A stretch of 62,570 nucleotides of DNA, the filler included, from Collodictyon triciliatum (Eukaryota), in assembly GCA_043381765.1 (NCBI GenBank). It is 9 parts of 9 records of this genome, joined end to end, with 100 filler letters (N's around TTAATTAATTAA, not from the genome) between each part and the next. Parts side by side here need not be neighbours in the genome. Positions count along the whole stretch, not along the records: positions 1 to 7,577 come from JBHJMP010003832.1; positions 7,678 to 15,251 come from JBHJMP010003833.1; positions 15,352 to 20,025 come from JBHJMP010003834.1; 6 more parts are not named here. One strand, written 5' to 3'. Within the stretch, counting starts at the first letter, position 1; every line of letters starts with the position of its first letter. A program made the position numbers and the translations under genes. Of the stretch, positions 1-16,999 are shown one piece after another. The notes below the pieces were generated by a model. It made no database searches and was not told the origin of the DNA. It worked only from the letters and a program-made list of their open reading frames with translations.

Positions 1-48
<48 letters not shown>

Positions 49-83
49 GTATTATTAGTATTATTAGTATTATTAGTATTATT

Positions 84-117
<34 letters not shown>
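1..117. repeat. (TTA)n microsatellite with TTATTAGTA variants
   Basis: Direct reading; lies upstream of the first visible exon of the EH-domain gene. Confidence 0.95.
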
Positions 118-118
<1 letters not shown>

Positions 119-176
119 ATGCAACTGAAAGGATTCGGGTCTTCTCACTTTCCTTCTTTCTTTGTCTTTTCAATAG

Positions 177-3122
<2,946 letters not shown>

Positions 3123-3667
3123 ACCTGTTGATGTCGATTTGGCCTCGTTTGTGCCGGCTGCACCTCCAAAGGCCATCTCGGGGAACAAAGTGGTAAGAAG
3201 AAGAGAAAAGTGAATTGGGTAGTCTGATCACTGCGCTATTTTGATTGATGTGCGCATGATATACTAGTTCGCGGACGGCAAGTTTACTCTCCCAACAGCA
3301 ACATTTGAGCAGCGCGCCAACCTCGACTCCGAGCTGAACGCAAGAATTGCTGCTCGCAAGCACAATTGAATAAATATTCAATAAAAAGAAAAAAAATGGG
3401 CGTGAATTATTGATAATGAAGGCTGATTCGACAAGTCGGTCTTCCTTTCCTTTCCGTTTTTCTCTTTTAGGTTTATGATGAAGCAAGAAGGCAAAGGAAG
3501 ATACACGGGCTGGCTCACTGAGTGGTTGGCTTTGGTGATCTCTTCTTGTCGTTGTTGTCTGTCCTCCTTCATGACCTTCGTGTTTGAGCAAGGAGAAAGT
3601 ATGGGAGATTATGTCCAATTCGCACCAGGTCGTGTTGGTGCTGGAGATTTGTAAGATGCGAGAGTGG

Positions 3668-4729
<1,062 letters not shown>

Positions 4730-6169
4730 CGGAATGACAACTGCAGTGGATTCTTCCTAGCTGTCTCTGCTTGAAAAGGGAGCAAGTCAGTTGTAGAGCA
4801 AGAGGAACAAAGTCGCACAATCACAGATGATGGATCACTGTCTCAAATTTCTTCCACAGCCAAATATTGCTGAGTCACCAGAGAGAGAAAGAAAGAAAAA
4901 AAATACTTCGCCCAACCTAAGTTGTGAGATCTTATTGAGACCAAAATACAAAACGACAAGTCACAGGGACACGACGTCGACAATCGAAAAAGTACTTCAA
5001 ACCACAGACATACGAGGCCGAGGATATTAGTGCGATCTTGAAGGAGACGAAGGGGAGTTTGGAAGAGAAGAAAATGAACAATGAACAATGAAAAGAAATA
5101 AACCACAATGTGAATAAGACAAGAGGGAAAATAGAGGGGAAAGAAGCAAAAATGAAAAAAAAATACATGAATTGATCAAAGTATAGAAAATGAGCAGCTT
5201 AACAACGCAACATTCGAGTCTGTTGGGGGTTTGCCTCGTCCTGCAGCAGACTTGGCAGCAGCTTCCCACCACTTTTCCCCTGCATTCGCCTAATGCGCAC
5301 GTTGTGCAGACTTTTCTTCGCCTGAGAAGGCACTTTCGTCCATCTTCCCATGCTGTTGTCAATTTGAGACGATCTTTTTAAGCGGCAAAATCGAAGGTTT
5401 CAGATAATTCATTGAAATATGACATAAGGAAATCGAATTCTCAAAATTCCACATAAGCATCATTTGACTTAACTGTATGTAAATGATAACGTAAATGGAT
5501 AATTGTTTGTCCAAAGATTGTCGCTGGACGGCACCGCTTTGTGTCCGGCGAATCGGTTGTGTTTGTGTTCTTGCAGAACGGTTCGGCGAGAGGATACCAT
5601 GTAATTGGTATAAATTGGAATATATAATACTAAATTCTTATGTTCTCTATTTATATTACTGTATATATTAAGTAAATACTAAAAGACTATTTTAATATGC
5701 TTAAATCAATTACAAAGGTTTGTGTGCGTTCAGCATCAATCGAAACAATGTTCCATGTGGAAGCATACCGAGTTCCTCTGTTTCTCTTCCTCGTATAGAA
5801 ATAATTTACCATTCACCTGTCACCGGAGTACAGAATAGTCGAGACATTGATCGGTCTCTCCAAAAGCCACACACGGTCTCTCGCGGCTATAAGGTCGTGG
5901 CCGCCGGTTTCCCTTATTTTCTTTTGTTTTCATTTGCCTACAGCTGGTATGTAAAAGGCGTCGGAGAGGCTTAGCTCTCAATTCCATCAGAGCCACAAGC
6001 AAACATCATATATTTGGACTCTTCCCTTCAAGGAGAGCACTATCCGCAAACATATTCGCAACACGCCCCCTCTTTTTTTTTTTCTTATTGGCCTCTTCCT
6101 TATCCTCACCAATCAGGGACAACCGAGCCCACACAAGGATGCTTAACCATATTTCTTTCTTCCCTTCGG

Positions 6170-6260
<91 letters not shown>

Positions 6261-6273
6261 CACTATCATTCGC

Positions 6274-7317
6274 ATGCAAAGCGGAACTAATCCCACAGCT
6301 CTGCAGCAGAAAGAGCCAGCGGAGGAGCAGGAAATGGACGGAAGCCAACCGGACTACACGCTTGCCAATGCTGTGGAGCAGTTGTCTGTGGATTCGGAGG
6401 CTTTGCGACGCATTATCGCACACTTCCGCTCTGAAATGGTGTCGGGGCTGCTTCGAGAGCGAAGCACACTGCGCATGCTTCGATCGTATGTGGGGAAGGC
6501 AAAGGGGACTGAAGAAGGTATACCAGAGATAATCGCATTTTGCCTCGGCTCCTTTTACGTGCATACGATTACTTTGTCTTTCTTTGTATATTTCTCCTTT
6601 TTTTTTTATTATATTTTATTTTTACAATTTCCTTTTCTCTATTACGATGGTTATTCTTCCTTACAATGAACTCAAGCCATACTTTTTTTTTTATTCTATT
6701 CAGTTTATGAACTAGCATAATCTCGATTATTATGTATTGATGCCCCTATTCACTCTCACTCGCAAGGTGTCTACTTTATATGCCCGAGTTTATCTTGCTT
6801 ATATCAATTACACAGAATAATCTATAGCTGTAAATCATTCTCTTATGGTCCAAATAAAATCCATCGTATAAGAAGAAAACAACTTCACCGCCCTTCTATA
6901 AGACTTTGAAACCTTAGTTGCTTTTGATTTTCTCTAATGTAATGGTACCATCAACACACTCTCTTCTGTGACCGACTTACGCAGACTTTTTATGCAACAG
7001 GTTCTTTTCTCGCTCTAGACTTGGGAGGAACAAACTTTCGTGTATTCCTTGTGACTATTAAAGAAGGCAAGGTCACAGAGAACAAGTTCAAAAGCTTTAC
7101 TGTGCATCAGGATGCCATGAAAGGTGTGGCCTCAGACTTGTTCGATTTTCTGGCCGACTGCGTCGCGCAGTTTATTACCGAGGTTGGAGCTGCAAGCCAT
7201 TCGTACAAACTGGGATTTACTTTTTCTTTCCCAGTTCAACAACATTCCATTAACCGCGGTACATTATTGGCCTGGACAAAAGGCTTCGACGTGGATGGTG
7301 TTGTCGGTCGTGATGTG
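6274..7317 (+). CDS. Hexokinase, N-terminal part (3'-truncated by contig end; start codon uncertain)
   Basis: Exons 6274-6517 and 7001-7317: LRMLRSYV...GTEE|GSFLALDLGGTNFRV (phosphate-1 motif), LFDFLADCV, and LGFTFSFPVQQHSINRGTLLAWTKGF (sugar-binding signature). Confidence 0.93.
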
Positions 7318-7577
7318 GTAATTTATCTACTTGGAATTTTTATGGAATATCAGTGTCACAAAACAACGAAAAACAAATGAAAAAAATCTTCCCCATATCC
7401 TTACGTCTTTCATCACCACACCATCAACACATCATCACCACATCATCACCATCACCACATCATTACCACATCATCACCACCACACCATCACCATCACCAT
7501 CACCACATCATCACCACATCATCACCACATCATCACCACATCATCACCATCATCACCACCATCACCATCACCACATC

Positions 7578-7677
7578 NNNNNNNNNNNNNNNNNNNNNNN
7601 NNNNNNNNNNNNNNNNNNNNNTTAATTAATTAANNNNNNNNNNNNNNNNNNNNNNNNNNNNNNNNNNNNNNNNNNNN
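7578..7677. other. Artificial contig spacer N44-TTAATTAATTAA-N44
   Basis: 100-nt spacer with stop codons in all six frames; identical copies occur 8 times. Confidence 0.98.
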
Positions 7678-7995
7678 CGCGTTGACGTATGCGACGGCGG
7701 TGCCGCGCGGGTCTGTGTTGGAGCTGAAGCCGATGGTGTAGTCTGCGAGTTCTCCTGGGGCGGGATGGGTCGATAGTCAGCAGCTGGTTGTGTCTATGTG
7801 TCTATGTGTCTATGTCTATGTGTCTATGTCTATGTGTCTATGTGTCTATGTCTATGTGTCTATGTCTATGTCTATGTCTATGTCTATGTCTATGTGTCGG
7901 TTGGCTGATTGGTCAAGGGCGCTACCTTGCTCGATGGGGAGTGCGGCGGCGGTGGCGACAAGGGCCAGGATGACGGCGGCGATGACAGACTTCAT
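7678..7995 (-). CDS. Putative secreted protein, N-terminal fragment only
   Basis: MKSVIAAVILALVATAAALPIEQ is a typical signal peptide. A donor (GTAGCG) at 7925 opens an intron containing a (TAGACA)n repeat. The contig ends in the next exon. Confidence 0.55.
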
Positions 7996-8824
7996 GGGGT
8001 GGCTGGTTGGCTTGCTGTGGATTGGGGTAAGGGTTAGGATGAGGGGGGAAGAGGAGAGATTTGCCCAGATGAGTGTTAGTATCTTGGTTGTTGTTTCTGC
8101 ACTTGGAATGGCCTTCTGGCCGGGCTTCTCTGGGTGTCCGTTGCCCTCGTTTCGTTGGTATCTTCCTCGTCTCACTTCCTTGCATTCCATGATGCCCCAA
8201 GACCCAATACTCAAGTTTCCTTGATGCAAAATATATAAACGTCGCGGAGGTTATTGTAGCCCACGGATTCTTATAGCCTCGGGCTTGGGAACGGCGGCAT
8301 GGAATTGGGAATTTAGACGAATATAGGCATAGATGTGCAGATTGTTCCCAGTATAATTATGGAAAATACAGTATAATTACATTCATGTCTCTAAAATCTG
8401 CTATTATCATCATGCTTCATGTCACATGCAAAAAGATTAGCCAAATCTCACACCATTATCGGTGCAGAATGCTCATATTCCCTATTTGTCGTACCTCATT
8501 TGTCGAAACTTGCGCCTGTGGTACGGAACCAGCGGGAGGGAGCTTCGGGGTTATTAGTTTATCAGCTGCCAGAGGCGAAAAGACAAAGCGGGGTGTAAGA
8601 CAGAGTGGCATTAAACGGAGGATGGTGCACAAGATTTTCTTCCCTGAGGCCGGAGGAAATCAGGAAGCAGGAACAAGGGCAAGGAGAGGGAAAGGAAGAG
8701 AGCGGGTGAATGAGCAAGTGGGGCGGGAGATGCGATGAAGCCCTTATCCCAGAGACCATTTGCGACAGTGTCTTGACTGCATACTCTTTTTCTTTTTCTT
8801 TCAAGGTGCTCATGAACTTAGGGA

Positions 8825-9237
8825 TTATTTCGGCTCCTTTGCAATCTTGCGCATTTCCATGGCCAGCGTATGCTTGGCCAGATCGTAGGCCGTCTCGTTG
8901 TCGCCCGTGGCAATGTCAGGGTTGGCTCCGTTGCGCATCAGAAACTTTGCAACCTCGTTGTGTCTGCGTTATTAGGGAATAATAAAAAGAAAAAGGAATA
9001 TGAGAGCGAGAATAATGCCGTTTAAATGGCAGGATAAAAAAGAAAAGAAAAGAAAAGAGGAGAGAAGCGAATTTCAGAAAGCCTGGCAGGCAGAAGGACG
9101 CACCCGAACATGGCAGCCAGGTGGAGCGGAGTGTAGCCTGATCGATCCTTGACGTTCACATCAACACCTCCTGCCTTCACAATGGCTTGAACCTTGGCCA
9201 GGTCTCCAGACTTTGCCGCTTCTCTCAGATCGGACAT
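8825..9237 (-). CDS. Small ankyrin-repeat protein (90 aa, 2 exons)
   Basis: Exons 9237-9104 and 8963-8825: MSDLREAAKSGDLAKVQAIVKAGGVDVNVKDRSGYTPLHLAAMFGHNEVAKFLMRNGANPDIATGDNETAYDLAKHTLAMEMRKIAKEPK*. Confidence 0.9.
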
Positions 9238-10162
9238 TGTGTTCTTTGGCTCTGCTCTTCTGGTGGGGCAGCGAATATTGCGTTAGAGGAAAAGACAAGG
9301 CTTGTCTCTGTTCCGGCCAGCCGAGCGGCCCACAGATCGGTGCGGCTTATTGTATACGATTGCGTCAGAGTTGGGCAAGTCTCTTTGCTTCACGGCTTGC
9401 TCACGACAGAAGAGTCGCAGCAGGACTCGCTTTGCGGCAGCCGCTTTGCTTGTGAATGGTGACGATGCAGACCCGATTGGCGACTTGTGTGAATAAAGTG
9501 GAATTGAAGAGTTGAAGAATTAAATCAAACAAAAAACGAATAAAGCAAAACACAGGGGACTAGGGGACACAATGCCTTGGGGTTGTCGGGAACTCTCCAA
9601 ATCACATCTGATTCCGTGAAACAGCTACTGTGCGAAGCAAGAGACAAATATGTATTGTTGACATAAAATGACCATAAGCTGAGGGATAAGATCTATATCC
9701 AAATAAGTATATAGATTGTATTTATAAACAAACACGAATTCAGAACGTTCTTGGAAAGCAAGTGGGTCTCTTCCTTGAATGTTCGGGGAGCCTTCTGTGG
9801 TCGCTTCCTTGTGGAATTTGCTGTGGGTGGAAGGATCATTTATTGATGTGTGAGATCAAACACATAATCTCCATCGCCAGGCGACACAAAGCAGCTGGAA
9901 AAACGAAAGAGTCTGTGAGCAGAGACCAAAGCCAACTCACAGAAAGAGCTCGGCCAGTGAAGTCGCTGAATACGTGCACACCTGCTTGTCGACCAAAGAA
10001 GCCGCTCGTTGCAGAGACGCAGACCCTCACTCTTTTACATACATGATGATTGGTTATACTTAACTTACCTTTCTCTCTGTTTGGACTATCTTGGGGCGCA
10101 GTCCAGCGACTTCGAGGAAGCCTCCTTCACCAACAAAAGGAACAACTACTGCTGCTAAAGTT

Positions 10163-12194
10163 ATGGCGATTCGTAAGAGAACTTTCCTCCGTGATAAATC
10201 CGCCTCTCTCTTTACATTTCCTTCTATTGTTTTGATGTTTTTTTCTTCTTCAACCCACCCTTGCGCGACATTGAGAAGAGTATTACAGAATAGCTACTTT
10301 CCTGCATGAAAAAACCTTAGTGCATCTCTATTGGAACCTCAAGCCTAAGAGAAAGCCCTCTAATTCCCATCGATTCAAACAGGTGCCCAGTTTGAAAACA
10401 GCAGCGAGGTCGGTGTCTTTGCCACACTCACCAACGCATATGCGCTTGTGTCCATCGGCCGCTCAGAAAACTTTTACAGTGTCTTCGAATCCGAACTTGC
10501 CGGTGACATTCCCGTGGGTGTTCCTTTTCCTTTTCCTGTTCCTTTTCCTTTTCCTGTTCCTGTTCTTGTTCCTTTTCCTGTTCCTGTTCCTTTTCCTTTT
10601 CCTTTTCCTTTTCCTTTTCCTTTTCCTTTTCCTTTTCCTTTTCCTTTTCCTTTTCCTTTTCCTTTTCCTTTTCCTTTTCCTTTTCCTTTGTCAACATCCT
10701 CGTTTTGCTCGTCCTCCTGTTCCTCATTGCGTCTCTCACTTCCCTGTGCAGAGTCAAACGCCTTTCGTCACTATCTTCAATTTCCCTATAGATTGTCCGC
10801 TGCTCTGTCGCCAGCTGCAGAATTATCGGCCGTCTTGCTGTTGGTAATTGTAGAACAATACTTGTATTTGTCCTGCTTCACACGCCTCTCTAGAACAACC
10901 AATACCTTTTTTTCGTCAAAGTCTAAGATTCTGCGAAGGCTCATGCATTTCTCTTTTTCAACAAACATGATCCAAAGAATAGACCACACTGAAAGCTGCT
11001 ACCCTCGGTGGCTTTATGTCCAGTCCTAACGAAACAGCGAGTCATAGACTGAGACGAGCTTCTTTTCCTTTTTTTCTTCTCAGGAAACAAGAAGGGACTT
11101 CTTCTGCCCAACACAACCACTGACCAGGAGCTTCTGCACATCAGAAACTCGCTTCCAGACGAGTATGTCTCTCAATATAGGAAACGAAGTGTGACAAACA
11201 CATTCGCATTACTCTGAAGATGTCCATCCTTTTCTTATTTTTTCCATAATTCTCTCTAAGCTCGCTGCAACCCTATACAAACACTCGTATATATAACACT
11301 ATATCGTCATCATGTTTCAGGGTCGTAGTTCAACGCGTAGAAGAGCGCCTCTCTGCTCTAGGGAACGTCATTGCCTGCAATGACCACGTTGCATTAATTC
11401 ACCCCGACATTGACCGTGTATGTTTCCCATTCAAACGATTTGATTTTGGTAAATACCAGCAATACATTCACCCACGGTATATCTTTTTATTCCCCTCTGA
11501 CGAAGTGGCTTGTGACTCCCAGGAAACCGAAGAAATCATAGCAGATACTCTCGGCGTCGAATGCTTCCGCCAAACAATTGCAGGAAATGTACTTGTTGGA
11601 AGCTACTGCCGCTTCACCAACCAGGGCGGACTTGTTCACCCACAGACAACTATTGAAGAGCAGGACGAACTTTCCTCGCTACTGCAAGTCCCACTCGTTG
11701 CTGGAACCGTCAACCGTGGCTCCGACGTCATTGGGTATTTCCTTACGCCCTGTTATCATCAATATATATATATATATTACTTACCACACCCGTCGCTATT
11801 AGACTACCAATAGTATGCATGCGTTGGTATTCTCTTTATGTGTATTAAACGTAACTAATAGTGCTGGTCTTGTTGCCAACGATTGGAGTGCATTTGCCGG
11901 GCTCGACACAACATCCACCGAGCTCTCTGTTATTGAAGGTTTGTGGCAATCGCCCATGCTTCTTCCTCTCCTTAATACTGGATAAGGAGCGCTGAGTGCA
12001 TTTATACGTGTATATTTGGCTTCGGAATGTAACTCACTTCCACCCAAGATGTGCTTATACTGATATTTGTATTTCATCTTCTGTAACCATCCTTCGCTCA
12101 TTCACCCATAGCTATATTCAAGCTCCACGATGCACAGCCCGCGCCCATGCTCCAGAAGATGAGAAAGTCCCTCATCGACTCTATGATGAGCTAA
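10163..12194 (+). CDS. EIF6: Eukaryotic translation initiation factor 6, complete, 8 exons
   Basis: [23 protein letters not shown]...[12 protein letters not shown]...[34 protein letters not shown]...[35 protein letters not shown]...[41 protein letters not shown]...SLIDSMMS*. All junctions are GT-AG and in phase. Confidence 0.97.
10520..10689. repeat. (TTCCTT)n intronic hexanucleotide repeat
   Basis: Direct reading; inside eIF6 intron 2. Confidence 0.9.
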
Positions 12195-12542
12195 AGAGAC
12201 AAGCAAGCACGCAGCAGAAACGAAGTGTCCTCCCTGGAAAAAAACAAACAAACAACCACCCCTTTCTCTTTCTCCTCATTCGTCATCCTCTGATTGCACC
12301 TACCCGTGAATACTAACCGCATATTCAATAAACCCTTATTTTTTCCCCTTGTAAAAAACAAAAAAAAACGCGGCTCTACAGTCCAGCAACAAACCCAACA
12401 AAAGCCATTACTCAGCCCGAGAATATGATTCCTAGCAAAGATCCACTTTATCCTACAGAACGAACCACCGGCCAATCACGGAGATCAAACCCCAGTCTGC
12501 CCCCCATCTGATGCGACCGCAAAACCACGATTGCGAAGCGCC

Positions 12543-15251
12543 CTAATACGCAGCAAATCCGGGCGGATCCGCCAGCTCCACCGAGTGCATCAGGCTCTCC
12601 GAGGAAGGAAGCCTCGGAGACTTGGCCGACTCTGCAGGGGGCTCCAAAGCAGCTTCCTCCTTGGCCGCCGCCGGATGCGCCGCCTTGGAGCGGGAATACT
12701 GGTGCTTCTCCTGCAGCGTCCGGTCGCAGTAATCGGCAAAGATCTGCGTGTCAAAGAAGGCGCGCGTGAATGCGAGCTCCTTCTTTGAGGAGATTTGCTC
12801 CAGGTACGAGTCCTTGAGGAAGACGGCCACGGGTTGGGTGCCGTCGCTGACGTTCGTCACGGTGTGGCTCGACAGCCTGGCAAAGACAATCTCGTAGTGA
12901 GTTCGGAAGATCCGGGCGATGTTTTCGAGAAAGCCGTCGAGCAGGAAGGACGGGTCGTGCGTGGCTTCTCGCGTGGTGATTTCCTCGGCGACTGGCTTCA
13001 GCCGTGCCAACCTGCAGACCGAGGAGATGATTACTTGGGCCATCATGACTAGCAGCGTGATTGCTGTTCGGGTCCGCCTGTGTTTCCACAAGAACGTGTC
13101 GTTGGCAAAGAAGGGCAAACTTACAGCTCTTTGCGCCTGGGCAGCTTCATCTTCTGCATGCCTTTGGCCAGCGTCAGCTTCCCTGTGCCCACGTCGAGCA
13201 GGACAAACGGTACCCTAGCCGACTTTGCCGCGTACTCTGCTGGCAGGCTCGGGACTCCGACAAAGAACGGCACGGGGGCCTCCAGAATCGGGGCCAGTCT
13301 GGCCGGCAGGATTGGGATGAAAGGCGACTGCAGGGCGAATGGGCGCAGAAGCGGGATGACTGCAATGCTGGGTGGGGAGTTGCAGGTGTTTTTTGTCAGA
13401 TGCAAAAGCAGAGAAAAATGAAAATAGATGCAACGCCCTGGAGTGACCCCTTGGGGGCTCCTTATTTGTGGGGCCGTTGCGGCGCATGACAGGCAATATA
13501 TCTGCATCTCTTTCCGTTCAAGAAAGAAACAAAGAAAAACAATGAAGAGGTGCACATGCGTATGTGTGTGTGTGTTGTTTTTGACGGGCTCGGGAAAGGA
13601 AAGACCATATCGCCCCAAGGACGTGCAGGTTCGGGCAGCACACAACAACAGGGCGCTCCAGAAGGACGTTTGTCACGAGCTTGATGATGGTCTTTGGCTT
13701 CAGCCTGCGTATCGCCACGGAGACGGCCCAGCGGGTGAGCAGACTCGCTTCCAAGTCCCGAGTCTCGGGGAACGGGAAAAGGCTGCAGACGACTCCGTCA
13801 TTCGCCTTAAACTCGATGCGACGCAGCACAGGGTTGACATCCGGCGGGACTTTGCGCAGCTGCTCGAGAGTGTCCAAGAGTTCCTTCATGTAGTCGGCTT
13901 TGGTGCGTGATGCTGGGCTGCTTGCAGACGGCTCGGCCTTTTCTGTGTCTGCCTTCCTTGCAGAGTCTGCGTCGCCCACAGAAGAGCCTGTGCCGACGTC
14001 GCTGGCCTAGTGGGGTTGTGGAGAGACAGGTGAAGGGGTTCAGCACATCCTCACCATTAAATCATTATACACTCTCGCTTCTGGCGGGTGCGGTCTGGTT
14101 GCAAAGGGTGGTTTGTCGAGGTGGGGGGTTTTAAAAGGTAAGAAAAAGAGAGAGGGGGAGAGAAAAAGATAGATGCTGACAGGGTTAGTATACTCATATA
14201 CCAAATCGGATGACTCTGATGTATCCTGTGCAATCATTGTGGCTGGATTCGGGTCTGCATTGGAAAGGCTCTCCACGGACAACGAAGCAGGACTCGATAA
14301 CCGTTTCATGGATGCCTGCGAACAGTAGTATTTCAATCATTTCTGACGACTGAAGCCTTAGCATGAATCCATAGCGCTTCTTGCATAATTGTACTCTACT
14401 TTATTTCCCTCCAAGCCGTATCGTTTATAATCCATTTGCTTTGTATACCCCTTCAAAAACTAAAGCTACCTTCTTCCTGGGTGGATCGAGAGTATTTCGA
14501 AGAACTGTGTTCCCCCCGTGGGAGCTGACATGCTCGATGATTTCGCTGCAGACATGGCCTCGCACAGCACGCAGATGTTCCAGGGCTGAATCGTGTGTGT
14601 TGATTTCGTTTGAGGGCGAAAAAAAATAAATAAAAAATCATTCATGACAGCATCATCCTACTATCAGTTTGACGGTATATAGGCATATGTTTTATCTTTA
14701 AGATATCACGATGGTTTCGTAGAGATATCTTTTCCATATTGTAGATAAAGACATGACGCACCAACAATCCCTTCGAGAATGTCAAAGAAAAAGTCAAAAT
14801 AGGGGTTTCTTGTCAGGAAACAATAGCAGGTCGGAGTGAATATCACATGCTTCTGAAGGCCGATGTGCTGCCTAGGTGAGGTTTGCTCTTGGGAATCGAA
14901 TGCGGGTGCGTCCTTGATTACATTCGAGTAAAAGAATATAATTTAAATTGAAAGGAAGAATATATAAAGAGCACAATTTAAAGAGCCAGGCACGAATCAT
15001 TTTGGACCAAGCGAAAAAGAGTTTCTTTATCATCAAACTTACATGCCCCAAGAAATTCAATTTTTACAGAGAAATATCAACAGGATGAATATTAAGTGCA
15101 ACTATTTTGGAGGGGGAAAAAAGGAATTAATATGTTATTGTAGTTATTACATCGAATAAATCCAGAGTTTGAACGCAAATTCCATATAAATAGCCATCGG
15201 GCGTGTTCAGCATAAAGACATGGGCATCTGTTTTTCTGGATTCTCTTGAGG
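12543..15251 (-). CDS. DENN-domain protein (Rab GEF family), spliced, 5'-partial
   Basis: uDENN: HVFMLNTPDGYLYGICV. Core DENN: TCYCFLTRNPYFDFFFDILEGI, LLERPVVVCCPNLHVLGAI, LLRPFALQSPFIPILP...LEAPVPFFVGV. dDENN: FTRAFFDTQIFADYCD. Stop at 12543. Confidence 0.9.
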
Positions 15252-15351
15252 NNNNNNNNNNNNNNNNNNNNNNNNNNNNNNNNNNNNNNNNNNNNTTAAT
15301 TAATTAANNNNNNNNNNNNNNNNNNNNNNNNNNNNNNNNNNNNNNNNNNNN
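15252..15351. other. Artificial contig spacer
   Basis: N44-TTAATTAATTAA-N44. Confidence 0.98.
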
Positions 15352-15461
15352 TTAGTTTAAGAATAAAAAAAACTTTATTCCTTTTCCTTTTCTTTTTGTT
15401 TTATGGATGAGCCAGTGAGTCAAAAAAAAAAAAAAAAAAAAAAAAAAGGTAAACAGCAAAC

Positions 15462-16908
15462 CCGTTGAGTATACTTGTTCGGAATATTCCGAATCATGCA
15501 GGTTGTGCGGCTATCTTCACCGCTCATTATGCGCCCAATGTCGATCTTAAACTAGAGTTTATTTTTATGGATTTAATTCATATGATTTTGATTTTTTTTC
15601 TTTAAAAAAAAAAGTCTGTGAGAGTCATGGTGATAAATATTTAATTATGAATGAATATACAGTGACGATGACCCTTTGTCTCGTTGGATTTATCGAGCGA
15701 GGAAAGATTGAGAGTGATACATAGAAAATGCTAAAAATGATACGTGAACGTGCCGCGAATCCATTTGCAACGGTACCATGCGAGGAACTTGATAGTATTT
15801 ATCTCCGCAATATGGAACCGACTAATAATAATTTTAAGAAAAAGCAAGTTGGCAATATAATTAGGATATCCTTCATTTCCTGTATTTGGTGATGAATGAG
15901 ATAAACAAATCGTTAAATAAATAGAAATTCATCATAAGGGAAAAAAGAACTCAGGTAAGACTTACAAAGTATTGATTTTCTGTCCCTGTTGATGGGCGCA
16001 GTGAATATTCCAAGTCAGGTATTTGGTCTTTGAAGTGAAAAAAAAATAAGAAAATAAGCATAATGCCACAAAATTGAGCACTACTTTTTGTAGTAAATGA
16101 GGAAATACACAGCCGTATCTTACCAGGTCGATGCCCGTCTGCATACACAATTTGGGACATCAGAATGGGAGATACAACCGTTGCATTGCTCGCTACGCTA
16201 AGCGTTGGAGACGGGGTCAAGGTTGGTGACATGTATTGCACCATCGGACTTGGTGCAGCTGATGAGCGGAGACGACTGTCCTCATAAATGCCTTTGTAGT
16301 GAAATGTACACGCCAATCAATCATGGTGCGTAAAGATTCTCCATAAATAATCAATCGGATGAACCGCAAAAGAAATTGGAACCAAATGATGAGATAGTAA
16401 ACCTTGCAAACTGGCTACAAAAGAATGTTTTACCTTCGTCTTCCATATTCGCTCCTACACGGCTGCGGACACCACCGGGGCGAGAAATCTCGATTTTGAT
16501 TTTTTTGCCCTGATTTTTTTTTTCATGTTTCAGTGTTCATGTCGGGGTTTGTGGTTTTTGGCTTTGGTCTGATTCTATCCATAATCAAATATCGATATGG
16601 ATTTGTCAACCTTTATCTCAGTTCTATTGAGATTTTGAAGAGCACGCTCTGCATCTCGAACATCATAAAACTCGACAAAACGATGATGTTTTTTGTTTGG
16701 TGTCTCGCGTATTTCCAAGATGTCTCCAAACCGCCCAAAGATAGTCTGATAGTTCCGATGAGTAAATGAAAACGAAACATATGTAGTCAGACGCAAATAA
16801 AATCATTAATTATCCCACAACCTTAAGATGCTCTTTAGTGAGTGAAGAGTCGAGGTTGAAAACAACTAACGTTCCTTGATTCTTCTCAGATTCATTTGGT
16901 GGTTCCTT

Positions 16909-16999
<91 letters not shown>

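Noticed and set aside
7622-7633. Palindromic TTAATTAATTAA as a regulatory or recombination site
   Set aside because: It is always embedded in exactly 44+44 Ns and is a synthetic all-frame stop linker.
12500-14050. GC-rich stretch suggesting foreign DNA
   Set aside because: It is the 3' exons of the spliced DENN gene, continuous with its AT-richer 5' exons.
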